A DNA stretch of 64,000 nt, taken from contig CM052817.1 of assembly GCA_028534125.1 (NCBI GenBank), positions 20,524,001 to 20,588,000 of the forward strand, given 5' to 3'. The stretch comes from Lama glama. Lineage: Eukaryota. The notes beneath the pieces are model-generated. The model did no database searches, was not told the DNA's origin, and was given only the letters and a program-made list of their open reading frames with translations. The translations under genes were made by a program, and so were the position numbers. Below, piece by piece: positions 13,885 through 27,175 of the stretch; position 1 is the stretch's first letter, and every line of letters starts with the position of its first letter.

Positions 13885-14077
13885 CCATTTCGTAGAGTGA
13901 CGTTTTCTGTTGTGAGTCAGCCTCAGGACCCACATCAGGGGTCACTGCAGAGTTGCTATGACAGCGGGCTGGAGGAGTCAGAAACACCAAGCAGTAAGAG
14001 TTCATCAGGGCCAAGACTGGGTGCCCTTCCACTCCCAGAGGACAACTATGAAAGGACCACGCCGGATGGCAGTGTTG
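13885..14077 (+). CDS. PCDH7: PCDH7 exon, short form (193 nt) using the upstream alternative donor and lacking GEAEHMEN
   Basis: Donor-like GTTG|gtgagg (GT at 14078-14079) is 24 nt upstream of the second donor and in the same phase 1. It fits recalled PCDH7 isoforms reading GSV-DSRPLPDV versus GSVGEAEHMEN-DSRPLPDV. Confidence 0.8.
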
Positions 14078-14101
14078 GTGAGGCAGAGCATATGGAAAAT
14101 G
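13885..14101 (+). CDS. PCDH7: Protocadherin-7 internal coding exon (cytoplasmic tail, CM3/RRVTF and CM1-type DSG motif); 217 nt long form, phase 0 in, phase 1 out
   Basis: Acceptor cttttcttttacAG ends at 13884. The frame reads PFRRVTFSVVSQPQDPHQGSLQSCYDSGLEESETPSSKSSSGPRLGALPLPEDNYERTTPDGSVGEAEHMEN, then donor AATG|gtaggg. I recognise the peptide as the PCDH7 long-isoform tail; paralog PCDH1, as I recall it, differs (RRVTFSATSQ, GPLALPEDHYE). Confidence 0.96.
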
Positions 14102-17100
14102 GTAGGGGCAAACACAACATCCACACACATAATCACGCTAGTGAGCCGTAGTAAGTAGACTCGCGAAGGTCAGTCTAAAACCAAGCTAAAATAGCTGACA
14201 CTAAACCAATTCTCTTGGAAATAATAAACATTTGCTAAAGTACAGAAACGCCAAATAAAGGAACGTAACTCTCTAGATGAAATTCACCAAACTCGCACCA
14301 TCATTTTAAAACCACCTATCAGAAATAAACACATTTTCAAAGAAATCAGAGTAGTACCTGTTATGAAAAACACCTAAATCAGCGCAGAGTATCTAAACAG
14401 TAGCCACTGAGAAAGGTCTCGTGTAATTGTTTTCTTTGATTCATTTTTGTCATGCAACTATTTCTTCAAATGCAATCGTCCAGTCTTAGTAAAAGACAAT
14501 GACAATAAACACATATTCTCCGATCTTTCTTCTCCAAGGGGTTTAAAGAAGCATTTTCAAACCTCTCCTTTCAAGTGCTAGCTGAAATGGAGTCAAAGAA
14601 GGAGAACAGTATTATCTTACTCTCCAAAATATATCGTAAATGCTATTTGTACTCCTTTCTCATTTAATTGTAAGGTTTTTCTCATTTTTGTGCGAGGGAA
14701 AGGGAAGAAAGAAAACTAGAGTTCTCTCTGTTCCTGTCCTGTTGTGAGATGGTTCTCATAGTTCCAATTGACCTTACGTGCACTTTCCTTTAAGTTGTGC
14801 AGTTAGACTGCAAGCAGTACTCACAAAGCTTTTCACATTTGTTATTTTCCCAAAGACAATTAGATATTTTTTTTTATTTCAGGTTATAAATAAATGACTG
14901 AGAATAGATTTGTGTCCAATAATGGAATGATAGAGTCTTACTAACTTTATTATTATTTAATACATAAAAAGAGATTTGGCTATATGTAGGGGAAGGAAAG
15001 GAGTCACACACATTTTATCTCTAATGAAACCTTGAAACAAATCTATGTCTTTCACCATTCCATCCTCCAACTGAAACAAGACGTTTTAACTTTTTGTTGT
15101 ATACCAGTTTCTTGAGTGATAATATGCAAATAGAGCATATTAATGCAGGAGAAAGTCTGATTTTTTTCTGGAAGTTTACCTGTGAATATCAAAATCCAAC
15201 ATTAGAGAGTAATATATCATAAATGACCCCAAGTGCAATGATTGCTAAACTAAATCATGCTAAATAATTATTTTTCCACATTATCATATCTTGGTGAGAA
15301 GATATGATATCGGGGTCTGATGATTGACACCCCTCTTGATTACTCATCCAGAGTTTAAATGGCATTTTGCCTTATGGCTGTAAAGGCATGCTTATCTGTG
15401 TGTATGGCAGTGTGTGTTTATGTGGATGGGAATTTGATATGGTTTTTAAGAATTAACATTTTTTCGTATTTTTTAAATAAGTAAAAAATTTAGTATGAAT
15501 TACAATGCTGATAAATGTATATTTAAGGCAAATATGTTTGAAATGCTTTGCACAAAAGTAAAAGTTAAATTAAGAATACTGTAATAATGTTTTGTATTCA
15601 CACACACACATACCCACACCCACACACACATACACAAGCCCCTAGGAAGGCAGGATTAATTTACTTTAAGTGCTTTGCAATATCTGTGTTACCTTTTGAT
15701 AATATCATATCACTTATTTGTATTTTAAAAAGTACTTGTATGGCTATTAATAAAGTACAAATAAGTCTTTATTTTTTAGATATCAGCTATCATTGGCATT
15801 ATAATCACATTTTAATGTTATTTTCTTTTTTGAGTTTAAAAAGATTCAACGCCATTAAAATAAGAAATAATGAATAATAAGCACAATGATATATGACAAA
15901 CACATAGCAGTTACCTTTTAGGAAACATACATGTCATGGAAAACTTAACAGGTGAGCTTGTTAAGAGACTAGAAAGTTTACTGACAAAACATTTCCCAAA
16001 GAAGACTTACAGTTATTTTTTTTTATAACCATGCTTTCAGGCTTGTCAACAGCTAAGGAACATAATGTAACTGATTTTTTTCAGATTTTATGTGACTGAC
16101 ACTTGAAATTCAGAGTTTATGTAACCAATTGTCATCCGCTAGCTGTGATTCATGTTAGCCCTGATCTATAGGTAATGACAGGAGATATGATTCACTTGGG
16201 TGATCCAAATGTAGCAGTTGACATTTGAGTAAGAGTTTTGTTGGTTTCAAGATTTCAGACTACTGTCTAACCATAAAGTGCAATTGTGTTGCTTGAATTC
16301 CGGTAATTTCATCTTCAACATTAATGGATTATTCTGACATAAATAGAATTGGAATTGAAACCTGTCAAATTTTCATTTGTCACATTTAATTGGAATCCAG
16401 GTAATCTGCAGTGTTTTGCTTGGTTAAGTTTTAATCAGGATTTGTATTGGATTTTCCCTGAAAATACCATTTTGGATGCTGTCCTAGTTTGTAATTATTA
16501 TTACCTCAAATATTTTTCTTGAATTTTAACCTATGTGAAACAATGCAGTTATAACTAATTTTTTAGGATTAACTTTTGTTGTAAACTTTAGAAGGTAATT
16601 TCCAGTGCGATAGCTTTATAACTTTCTAGTATGATGATGTGAACTGAGTATAAATTGGGACAGTAAATGATAGAAATAAATTGTTTATAATAATAATAAA
16701 TCACTACAGATGCTATAATAAGGAAATAACTAAAACACAAGAAAACTTCAGTACATAGGCAGTGAAATGCACTTTGTTTTACAAAATCTTTTATCTGCCT
16801 TCTATACTTTAGCATAATAAAATTTTATAAAGAAGGCTTATGGGTTAATTCTCTTTATAACAAGTTTTATCCTATATTCCAGCTCACAGGAGTGCCAAAT
16901 GATGAAAGAGGTTTTATTTTCTTATTAGCTTAGGTAAAAGAATATAGTGTAAGGATAAATATAATTTTTTGAAGCCTGAATGTAGTAATTAAAGTGAGAA
17001 CCAACATTTGGATAATTCCAAATTTGGGTTCTTACAGCCCATGGGTCTCTGGAAAGGCATAATGAAAATACCATTTAAAAACATTTTAAGAAAACTCTAA

Positions 17101-19224
17101 TGAATTATATACATTTATTAATGAAAAAGATCACTGATATATTTTTCTTTGGTTTAATTATTATCAATATTGTGATTATTTCATGTTGATCCTTTGATAA
17201 GATTGCGGAAAATGGTTATTTGTTATTTCATTAAAATACATTTAGTGGTATGAAATATTTGAAAATATAGAGTACATGGTAGAAAGTTGAGTGATGAAAA
17301 AATATTTGATAATGATAAAATAAGTGGATAATTCAAGTAAAAACCAAATTAAAGCTTAAAAGCAACAACACAGTAAGGGCAACCATTGACTACGCAAAAG
17401 CTTGTCCTCTTAATTTTGCAGTAGTCTTCAAACTTTCTCTTGGAGCGGTGTTTATGAGTCTATTGTAAGTATTTGTTTTGACCCCTGCCTCATGCCATCA
17501 TCTACTTATTCTTCTCAAAGTCCCCCTGAGTCATATTTGCAAGGCTAGTTTGTTTTTACTGTGTGTCACTTGATCATATGATGTGTTTAGCAATTCCAGT
17601 ATAGAAAACACCCCACTTGACCTCTGATCCCAATTTTCATTTAGGATTGGGTAGGTCACTAACTCCTTCTGAGTCTGTTTCTAATCATCTGTAAGGTAAT
17701 TAACTAAATTAAGTTTAAAATCATACCCAGATCCGATAAGTTGCAATTCTTTCCTTACACTCAGTTTTTTTTTCTTTTTTTAATATATTTTATTCTCCTG
17801 AACAGAAAGAAACCTTTGGGTCTCTTAGTGAGATGGTGAGTGAATTTGATAATACGTAATAATACAGGCAAAGCAGAAGTTGTGCCTTCTACATGCATGC
17901 AGGTAATGCATGTATTACATAAGCCAAAGAACTGAATTGGGTCAAATGGTGTGATTTCCGGCCAGGTAGGTGGAAAGGTTGGCCCAAGAGCAGGTCAGGA
18001 TGGGAGATAGTTTTTGGAGCCATCCCAGACTATACTATGCAAGAGGCATCTATAGGTCTGAGTCGGCTCTGGGCACAGTGCCCTCAAAACCATTAATTAT
18101 GATGAAATGATCTCACAACAGAATAAGTGCATTTACTTTCTTCCTTGATAGTGTAAACTTTGTTCGCAGTGAGTGAACAAAATGTGAACAAAATATGTAT
18201 TTTCCTCTAGGTGAACTTACAAATAGTATAACATAGAAATAAATTAAAATAAAAAAATAGCAGTTGATCCATAAGGTAGGTGGTTTTAAAAAGTTGAATA
18301 ATCAGAAACTTAGCCATTCTAAATATCTAATAAATTTTATGCCTCTCGATTTTCTCTAATACTTAAAAGACAATTTTCATTTATATACTCTGACAGTTTT
18401 GAATTTCCCACTTCCAAACTTTCTTGCTTGTTTTATTTTTTTCTCCTCACTCTACTTGCTTTAGTGTTTAGAGCACATTGTTCTTGAGGGTTAAAACATG
18501 GTGCAGTTTACCATGACTCCATTTTGTATCCGTCATGGACTTTTTACCTTGCTTTCAGAAGTAAATGACAAGATATTTGAAATAACATTTGGGTCAAGTA
18601 TCAAATATATTACCAAAGGTCATGAGAATAGAGACTAAACTCATATCCTAGTGTGGGATAAAGGACTCTCTCTGTCTCTCTCCTTGTTTCCCACCTACCC
18701 TATTTTCAGCAGTCGTTTGCAAGGTACTTTCATCTAGTTACTGTTGGTTTGTGCTGTTTTTATTTAGATTGAATTAAGTAGCAAGGCTGCTTCTTCCAGC
18801 TTTCCAAAGATGCTCATATACTTGTAACTAGCATAAGCATAATGCCTCAAAACAAATACCCTGCACTTTTTTTCTATGGGAAGTGACTGATATACCTCGG
18901 AAAGGATTCATTTTCATGATTCTGCATTTCACCATGTCTAGTTGCTAGTGTCTGACCACATTTTCCACTTTTCTAGCCATCTGTGAAATGGCTCTGTACC
19001 TCCCAAGTATACACAAGTCAACATGTCCCCACTTCCGGAGGACCCTGTTTACTCCTACGTCTCCATAATGATTAGAGACAGAAAGTGATTATAGAGATTA
19101 TTTTTAACCAGAATCTCAGCCAATCAAGATGTATGCTACAGTAGCTTTCCGGCTTTCCAGTAAAATGAGCAGCACAATCTACAAGACTCTAAACATTTCC
19201 TACCAGAGAAGTGGCAAAGTTGTG

Positions 19225-19435
19225 GATGGAATGTAGTGATTTAAAAAACAGACTTTGAAATCTAATGACATTGGGTTAAATCCTGGTTTCTCCTCTTACT
19301 AGCAGTGTAACTTTCTGACCTCTCTCAGCCCCTCTTACTCCAATAGCAAATAGGATTGTGAAAGAAACTAAGTGAGATAGTAGCACCTAATAACTTATAA
19401 ATAAACAATAAGAGTTCCAGTAGTTTTACTATATT
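19225..19435 (+). mobile_element. MIR SINE
   Basis: tagtgatttaaaaaacagactttgaaatc...tgggttaaatcctggtttctcctcttactagcagtgtaac...ggattgtgaaagaaactaagtgagata. Confidence 0.75.
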
Positions 19436-22159
19436 GGTTGATGGTGAAATTATTCACTACTATTGTTTCAATAGCAATAATGAAATGATTGTGATTATAA
19501 TTAACTTTAGGTAGCTTGGATATAACACAATGGTCAATTATGATAGCATCATCAAATGTTAGTTTCACAAAGGTAGCATTCTAAAATTACTGCTAAGAAT
19601 AAGTCTCACTTTGAATATTTCCCAGCCAATTTCTCATTTTTGTGGGATACCAAGGGGTGACACTCAGGAGCAGTGACATTTAAACATATCAAGGATCTAA
19701 AATGAGGGGAAAGAAAGATTCTATCCTCTGACACCAAATCAACCCAACTCTTGTATTCAAGGTGAGGAGAAGCCATTCTCTCCCTGAATTCTTTTCTTTC
19801 TTTTTAAATGTTTTTACATTTGATACCTACTTTTCCAGTTGAATGCATTATTCTTCAGGTTTATATTTCCCTTTGAACTGCTGCAAAAATACTCACATTG
19901 ACAGGGAAAATGAGCTGAAAAAAAGTATCTAATTAGTATGCTTACTGAACTCTCAGCCCTTTCTTTTTTAATCTCACTATTAATAATTAACACTGATAAA
20001 ATGTGTGGCCATATTACCCTTTTTATTCTAATTTGGTCCTTTAAAACTAGATCACTCCACTGAACCCTTATGACATTCGAGGAGGGAATGAGCTCTCATC
20101 AAATCCCAAAGTGACTTTGGAGGTCAGTTAGTGGGTTGGTTGCCTCTGGACTCTCAAAGCATTTGCTTATCTGAATTTCAGCACACTTGCTAGACAATGA
20201 CTTCTGTGTTTAGCTCCTTATTTAGTTAAGGCATTATTCCCATGTTTCTTGCATTCTTTTTTTGCTTACAGATTGGATATACTTCTGTTCTTCCTCCGAT
20301 TCTTTTCTAGAGTTATGTATGAAAAACTCGATGTTGCTGAAATATGACAACACTCTAAAGCAACTTCTATGTGATTAAAGGAACTCTGGAACTTGGTTCT
20401 TAAAGTGTAGTTAGCATGCAACCTCAGAGGTCAGTCCACTTATTGAGAAACTGTTTTATCTCAATATTTCTCTTCTAGGTTAAAACACTCACTTCTTAAC
20501 TTCTGTAACTTACTGTTCCTTCTTGTATCGCAGGTTGTTTTTGTTTGTTTCTTTGGTTTGGTTTTTACTGTTGTTGTTGTTGTTGTTTTTGGTAAGAAAA
20601 GCCTTCTCTTCTTAAGTAAAGCACAACAGAATAATGCCCTTCCCACCTCTAGTTTAGTGGCAAAGCTGTGGTTGTTCATTTTGATCCAACAAACATGTAT
20701 TGAAAATACAATATGACCACGTCTTTCTAAGTAAGTTGAAGTGAATGAGAAAGAACTTCTGCCTTATGTTGGAGAGATACACCTTGATTTCAGTAACTAC
20801 ACTATAATTTGAAAAGGAGAAAGCTCCTCAGAGAAGTTCAGGGTGGTATGAAGCATGGAGAATGGAGAGGAAAATTATACCAATGAAACAATTACGAAAG
20901 TGCTTATTGAAATTTTTACATTTTATAAATAATATCTTAGTCCAGAAGAAGGGCTTGAAATGTTATTTGCATCATATCCTCTCTTTTTACCTACCCATCT
21001 TCTACATAATTTAAAAGTAAGTATTATATTGGCCCAGAGGCTTCATGCTAAGCTAAATAAAGTTAAATTATTTGCTTTACTTTTCTAATCAATGTATTGT
21101 TTGTTTGTTTAGTTTTGGTGCTGAACATAACTAGTTCCAAAACTGCAGAATTTATCATTGATAAAATTGTTAGTGTATGCTAAATCCAAGTCTGATCTAC
21201 AGGTGAATTTCATGTTTCTTTTCTGTCCCTATGCATAAATATGAATAATTAGTAAAAATATGTGTGCTTTAAATCAGGCTTTTTAAACTTAGTAAGAGCA
21301 TGTAAATAATCTTTTGAAGTTATTATTATTTATTTCCAGAAGATCAATTGAATTACTCAAATTAAATAGGTGATTAGGTTAGAGTAGATTACATTAGGTT
21401 AGGCTTATTTTTTGAAAAACCAATTCATTCTTTGTGTTATGGTTGCATATGGTTTTTGTAATTACTTTCAAGATTCAAGTTAAGTATATGGATATGTGTC
21501 ATTTTATCACATTCCCTTTCTATCTGGAACATAAACAATAGGTGGCTTTGTTTTTAAATCTTGTTTCTGATAAATTTGACTTAATTTATGAAAGTAGACT
21601 TTTTAGCATCCATCTCATTATCTTGTATGCCTTCTCATTAATGTCCAGAAAATATAATTTTTTAATAAAATGAGAAAATATTTGAAACACATGCAAACTT
21701 AAATGCCTCCTTTAAAACAGATTTTCAGCAAAAATATGATAATCGCAAAAGAAACTAAGTTTTGATACTGTATATTGAAAAGAAATCTATGATGAGTGCA
21801 TTAAAATGTTTTGGTAATAAAAAGATAGAACAGCGGCCTGTTGTTTAAAAATCGTCCACTCATTCATTTCTGTTGCAAAATATATCGTCTGTGAGTATTT
21901 CTGCTCTGAAATTCTTACCATCTGCATTGATGAGGTCATTGGGGGACCCACATATAAGCTGAGAATGGCATGCTTCTCTGAGGTTGCATTCCTGCGAGTC
22001 ATAGTGCCCTATACTGAATTACACACATTGTTTCTATTCAGTATGAGGTTGCATTTCACCAACCCAGCATTTGTAGCAAAAGGTCATCTCAGCCAGAGCT
22101 AAAATTTCATACAATGGACAGGGAATTTGGAGTATTATGAAAATTCATGGAGTTCCATG

Positions 22160-22830
22160 ATCATTTGTTGAGTGTTTACTCTATGTGAATTCCCAGAAGG
22201 GTTCAAAGGTAATGAGACATTCTCCCCTGCCTTTTAAATGTTAAATATTGTGATGGAGAATGACATGAACAGAATTAGATGTTTAAAAGTAAAGATGTGA
22301 GAGGCTCTAGGTGAGGAGACTAAATGTTATTAGAACCAAAGGAGGATATGAGTTGCCGGTATGAGAAACCATAGCCAAGCTTTGAAGGATGGGTGAGTAG
22401 GGATTTGATGAGCAGAAATATGCATAAGTTTAAGAGGCTAGTGAGTGATACCAAGGATACCAGCCTGAGATGCTGGGAAAACAGTGGTACTGTTTGCCAA
22501 CCTGGGAAAAATGGAAAGAATAATGCGTTTCCAGGAGAATGAACCTAATTAAGGCACGTGGGATTTAAGGTATCTTCAAAAAATTCAGGTGATATCTAAC
22601 AGGCTATTGAAAATGTATCATCAGAAACTTGGGAGGAGACATAAATAGCAGAAATATAGCTGTAAGAGTCATTGGCACCCTGTTGATTATGGAATTTGGA
22701 GAATAGATGTGACTTATCAATTAAACATATGACACCGGAGAAGAGCCCATACTCAACACAGACTCTGAAAACAAATCTTGAAATAAAAGAGAATGATGGA
22801 GAAGCAAGTTTCCGTGAAAGTGACTGAGAA
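22160..22830 (-). mobile_element. L2 LINE 3' region, degenerate
   Basis: Starts catttgttgagtgtttactctatgtg...cattctcccctgcctt, followed by purine-rich L2-like antisense sequence (caggtgatatctaacaggctattgaaaat). Confidence 0.6.
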
Positions 22831-25800
22831 GGATATTTAAAAATAAAAAGCAAAACCAAACAAAATATGGCAGGCTAAGGAGAAATTTAGAATTAGGATT
22901 ATGCACCTAGACTCCTACACATAGATGTTGAAAAAAATTGTTGAATATATTTATATGGCCTAGGAGCCCAGCGTTGCCGATAGAGATTCAAAGGAAGTGA
23001 AACACCTGAGGAAGTGGAAGTCCAGGAAAGGCAGTGTAAAAACACACTTGGGAATTTTCTTCCCCAGGTCAACAAGCCCATTATCGTGTCATCATCAGAG
23101 GCAAGAGCATGGTTGTATCCCTTCACGTCAGTCTTAATGAATTTCTAACCAGCCTATGAGTCTATGTCATGTTCAGGATTTTCGTTTGTTCATTTTTACA
23201 CCATTTTCTGAACGTACTACAGAGTCTGAAATTTCTGTAATGGCTTCCACAATCTTTCTTGAAATATAGTAATTACTCTTTTAAGTGAGTTTTGGCCTCT
23301 TATATGACTTCCGTGTTTTATTTTATACTGGGTCATCATTTGTCCATCCCACTGGCTTGAAATCAAAATAGTACCTGACTAATTTCATTTTTAGTGAGAT
23401 TCAGTAATTGATAACATTGTCCTCGTCGTCATCAAACATTTTTATTTTGTGATTACACTGTAATAGTGCTATCAGTTGTTAGTAATATTATGCAAATAGA
23501 CATGCTTCAAAACAGAAAATCATGAAATAGAATTTGCACAGGAAATAGATTCAAATTGTATAGTCATTGACTGTCCAGTTTCAGTCTATTTTGTATGTGA
23601 ACAACACCACAGAAATGCAATGTCAAAGGTGCTTACCATGCAAGGGAAGAGTTGCCTTCAAATATATTATGTGCAAAGACTTACTGATAATGAATTGCCA
23701 GGCAGATGTCACTTTTGATGTTGTTTTTATCTAAGAAAGGACAACTATCAATGTCACATAAATTTATTCTCCTTTCTCTGTGTTCATTGTTGCTTAGTAG
23801 GAATTGTAAGTAGGGACTAAATATATTGATAAAACTGTTTTTCCCTCCCAAGATAATCTAAATAATTGCCACATAATAATTTCCAAATAAAAATGCAATT
23901 CCTATTTAGTCACACATATGATAGGTTCATCAGAAACCTCTAGAAATGGTCATTTTTTTTGTGGTCTGGCATATGTGCTCCCTGTTGTCCTGGAGCACTG
24001 AATAGAATGTATGGAAATGGAGTGTGTGCCCAGAGAAAGCTACCTGTCTGAGTGGTCTCGAGGTGGTACCTGGAAATTTTTTTCTAGATCCCAAAATCAG
24101 TTTCATCAGCATGCAGAACCGTACAGAGCCAAGACAAATTCTAAACATTATTACAGGATCCTGATGTCAAGCCAGAATATTAGTTTATTAAATTCTGAAC
24201 AGGAGAATATCCCATTCAAAAAATAGGAAAGCCTCTGCTTTGTCTCCAAGGCAATATTCTTTCTCTCTAAGGAGACCCAAGGAAAATCAGTGTACCTCTT
24301 GAAAGTTTGCCTGACGAAAATGGACTGTAAAGAGGAACTTTATTCAGACCCAGTGAGGTGGGTAAGTTCTGCTGTATCCTGTCTGCCAGTGGCTGAGATC
24401 ATCTCCAGAAAACCAGATTGCTTTGGCTCCCGAGACTCAGGGCCTCTTTTAGTACTGGGCACCAAATTCAGCCCTCTGTCTCTAACTTGTGTTTGTGTTG
24501 TTTTAATTGTTGTTTTTTGTTTGTTTTCTCTTCTCTTTGGAGTCATCTCTTCAGGATTTTGCATATTCTTTTAAAAAATATGTCATTGATTTTTCTCAAT
24601 GTCACTTTTAGGCCTGAATAAATACACAGACTTTGTTTACTTCTTTGCTTCTGGTGCATGTTGTAAGATGTCTTTGCTTTATCTAAACAGTCAATTAATT
24701 CTCCATCAGTTCATCGTTTACAAGGCAGAGTTATGTACTGTGACTCTTAAAAAAAAAAACTGTGTCCATCAGAAAAATCTCCCAGACTGATACGGAATTT
24801 TCAAAATTATTATATATACAGTCACAATTTCTCGTATAATTCTCACCTAAAATAAACTCAGTTTTAAATTACACAAATATTTGAGAAAATTGAATTTAGG
24901 GCCCAGTCCTTATTCTTTCCCTTTGCTTTGTTCGAGGCAATGTTAACCATACATCATCTTTGAACAGGTGATTGGAACCAATGTGTTCACACAGAACCGT
25001 ATTTTATCAGTTTTTTTTTTCCCCTTAAGCTTATTGCCCTTTATTCAGCTTGATCAATTGTATTCAGCCTTCCCTAGTTCTCTGAGAGCTCAGTTTTGAG
25101 AGGCACTCTTAGTTTCCTGGACAACATTGGTTCATCTCTTTTTCCCAGAATAATGAAAATCTAAAATCTAATTCTTGCCTATTTCAGCCCCAGACAGTTT
25201 TTATCCTCGCTTGTGAAATCAAACCCACATGCCTTTCCTTTGCAGCTCATGTCTGAGTATTATCTGTGTCCCCAGAGTCAAGTAGCTATTAAATTAGTTC
25301 TATCAATTGTCCATGGGTTTAGAGGTCCCCATGTGTGTTTTTTCTCAAGTAACCACATTTTATTTCAGGGCACAAAGTACAAGATTTCTGCTTGATTACT
25401 TAGCCTCTGGTCTTTATTTTTTAAGTGTTTTTTTGAAAATAGCAGGGAAAATGCATTACTCTCCTTTACCCTAATGAAAAGTTCTGAGTTCCTCTGACAG
25501 TCATTTCATTTCTGAAGGAAGATTAGAGGACTGTCCCACAGACTGACTCTGAGATTTCATATTTTTTCTTGATTTTATCCTTCTAATAACCTTATTCCTT
25601 TGCCTCTCCCAACTGCACCATCGCATGCACATTTTCTCCCTTGTAATACATCACCTATGATCAAGTAATTCATTTTCTCTACCAAAAGTCGTTATGCTTG
25701 AGTCATTCGGACTATCAAGTTTCTGTATTCCTTTGGGGGTACTTTTTTTAGAAGAGTCTGTTCTACAAGTTTTCAGTTTTAAAACATCGTTCGTAAACCT

Positions 25801-25849
25801 AACTTAATTCTGCTGTGTTGTAGTGTGTAATGTAGTATGTACATTTACA

Positions 25850-26010
25850 AAGAATCGATGCCAGGGGTTTGGGTCCTGGTTCAGCCGCCATCACATTTTC
25901 AAGAAGGCAACCTAGATCAAGTCACATAATATCTCACTCACTTGTAAAATAGAGACAATAATGATAATAATTACTGGCCTGTCTTCCTTAAAGGATTATT
26001 ACAACTATAC
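25850..26010 (+). mobile_element. MIR fragment
   Basis: gggtttgggtcctggttcagccgcca...caagtcacataatatctc...cttgtaaaatagagacaataat. Confidence 0.65.
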
Positions 26011-27064
26011 ATGAACATGTATTTTTCAGGTAGTTAACATTTCATAAAATTCTATCAGATCACTACTTTACTATGTTACTTTTTAAAAGGTACTTTAAAA
26101 ATATTTCTGGTTCTGTAGTCTTTTTTCCGCATTAAATCAGATCCACACCCTTTGTCAAACATGTGATTGTTTTCTTGCTTACAAAAATGTTCACTGGCCT
26201 CCCTTGTATTTTGCCATTAAGGTAAGTTGTTTTTTGGCTCCTTTTTCGGAAACCAATAATTTCTTATTGGTTTCCAAGGCTAAGAGCACATGGCTCTCTA
26301 TCCACTGTGAACAAGTGCCAATATTTATTACAAATATAATTCTGTGAAAGCCATAGACAGAGAAAACATATGAATAGTTTCACATTTATTTTCTGCCGCT
26401 CATGGCTTCTGGCTTTAAAAGGTCTGCACGTATTTTCCTGGATTTATTGTTGAGGAATAGTAAATGACAGAAACCAGTAACTCACAGAGATATTCATCAA
26501 ATAATTATTAAAGATCATTCAGTGCCCAGTAGCAAAGTGGTTCCTGAAAGACTGAGATTACAGTCAACTCCCAATTATTCATGGCAGGAAGAAAAGCCTT
26601 GTAAAGATGACTGCCAATCACAGAGCATGGATAGACTCTGCCAATTAGGCATCAATTCCTAGCACTTACCCACGTCTCCTCTTAAATTGCTAATTAAGCC
26701 AAATACGTTTATAAATGTATAAGTCAACTCTTATGGGGTATTGGAGATAATTTTCAGATCACAGTGCAAAACACCCCATTACAATACAATTGAAACAAAA
26801 AGGGTTGAAGGGATTTTAAAGGGACCAAGTCATCATGAAGTATCTATCTCCAATGTCAGAGACAAATGAATCATGGATTCATTTACTCCCTCCCGCTCTT
26901 AACACACATGAGAGAGAAAAGAGCAACAGAACAGAAAGAGGATAATCTCTCAAGAAGGCTACTAGGATGATGAAATAGTATCCTTATTAAGTATCTAAAA
27001 ATAAATGATAAAAGGGTAAGGAGAAATTGAAATAATAAACAAATACTTTTACAGTACAGTAATG

Positions 27065-27175
27065 TTAACCTGAGGGTTCTACATATTCATTTGCTTTATA
27101 GAATCACTCTGAGGAAGTTAATATGATCTGTGTTTTCTAAATGATGAAACTGGGAAGAAGAGATGTAAAATTACG
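27065..27175 (-). mobile_element. MIR fragment
   Basis: cactctgaggaagttaatatgatctgtgttttctaaatgatgaaactggg. Confidence 0.55.

Noticed and set aside
13835..14158. Antisense ORF 13835-14128 and alternate-frame ORF 13958-14158
   Set aside because: Shadow ORFs of the GC-richer PCDH7 exon with no recognisable protein
26141..26227. 81-nt segment ending in strong donor AAG|gtaagt
   Set aside because: Contains TGA in the phase-1 frame and has a mediocre acceptor; no further support
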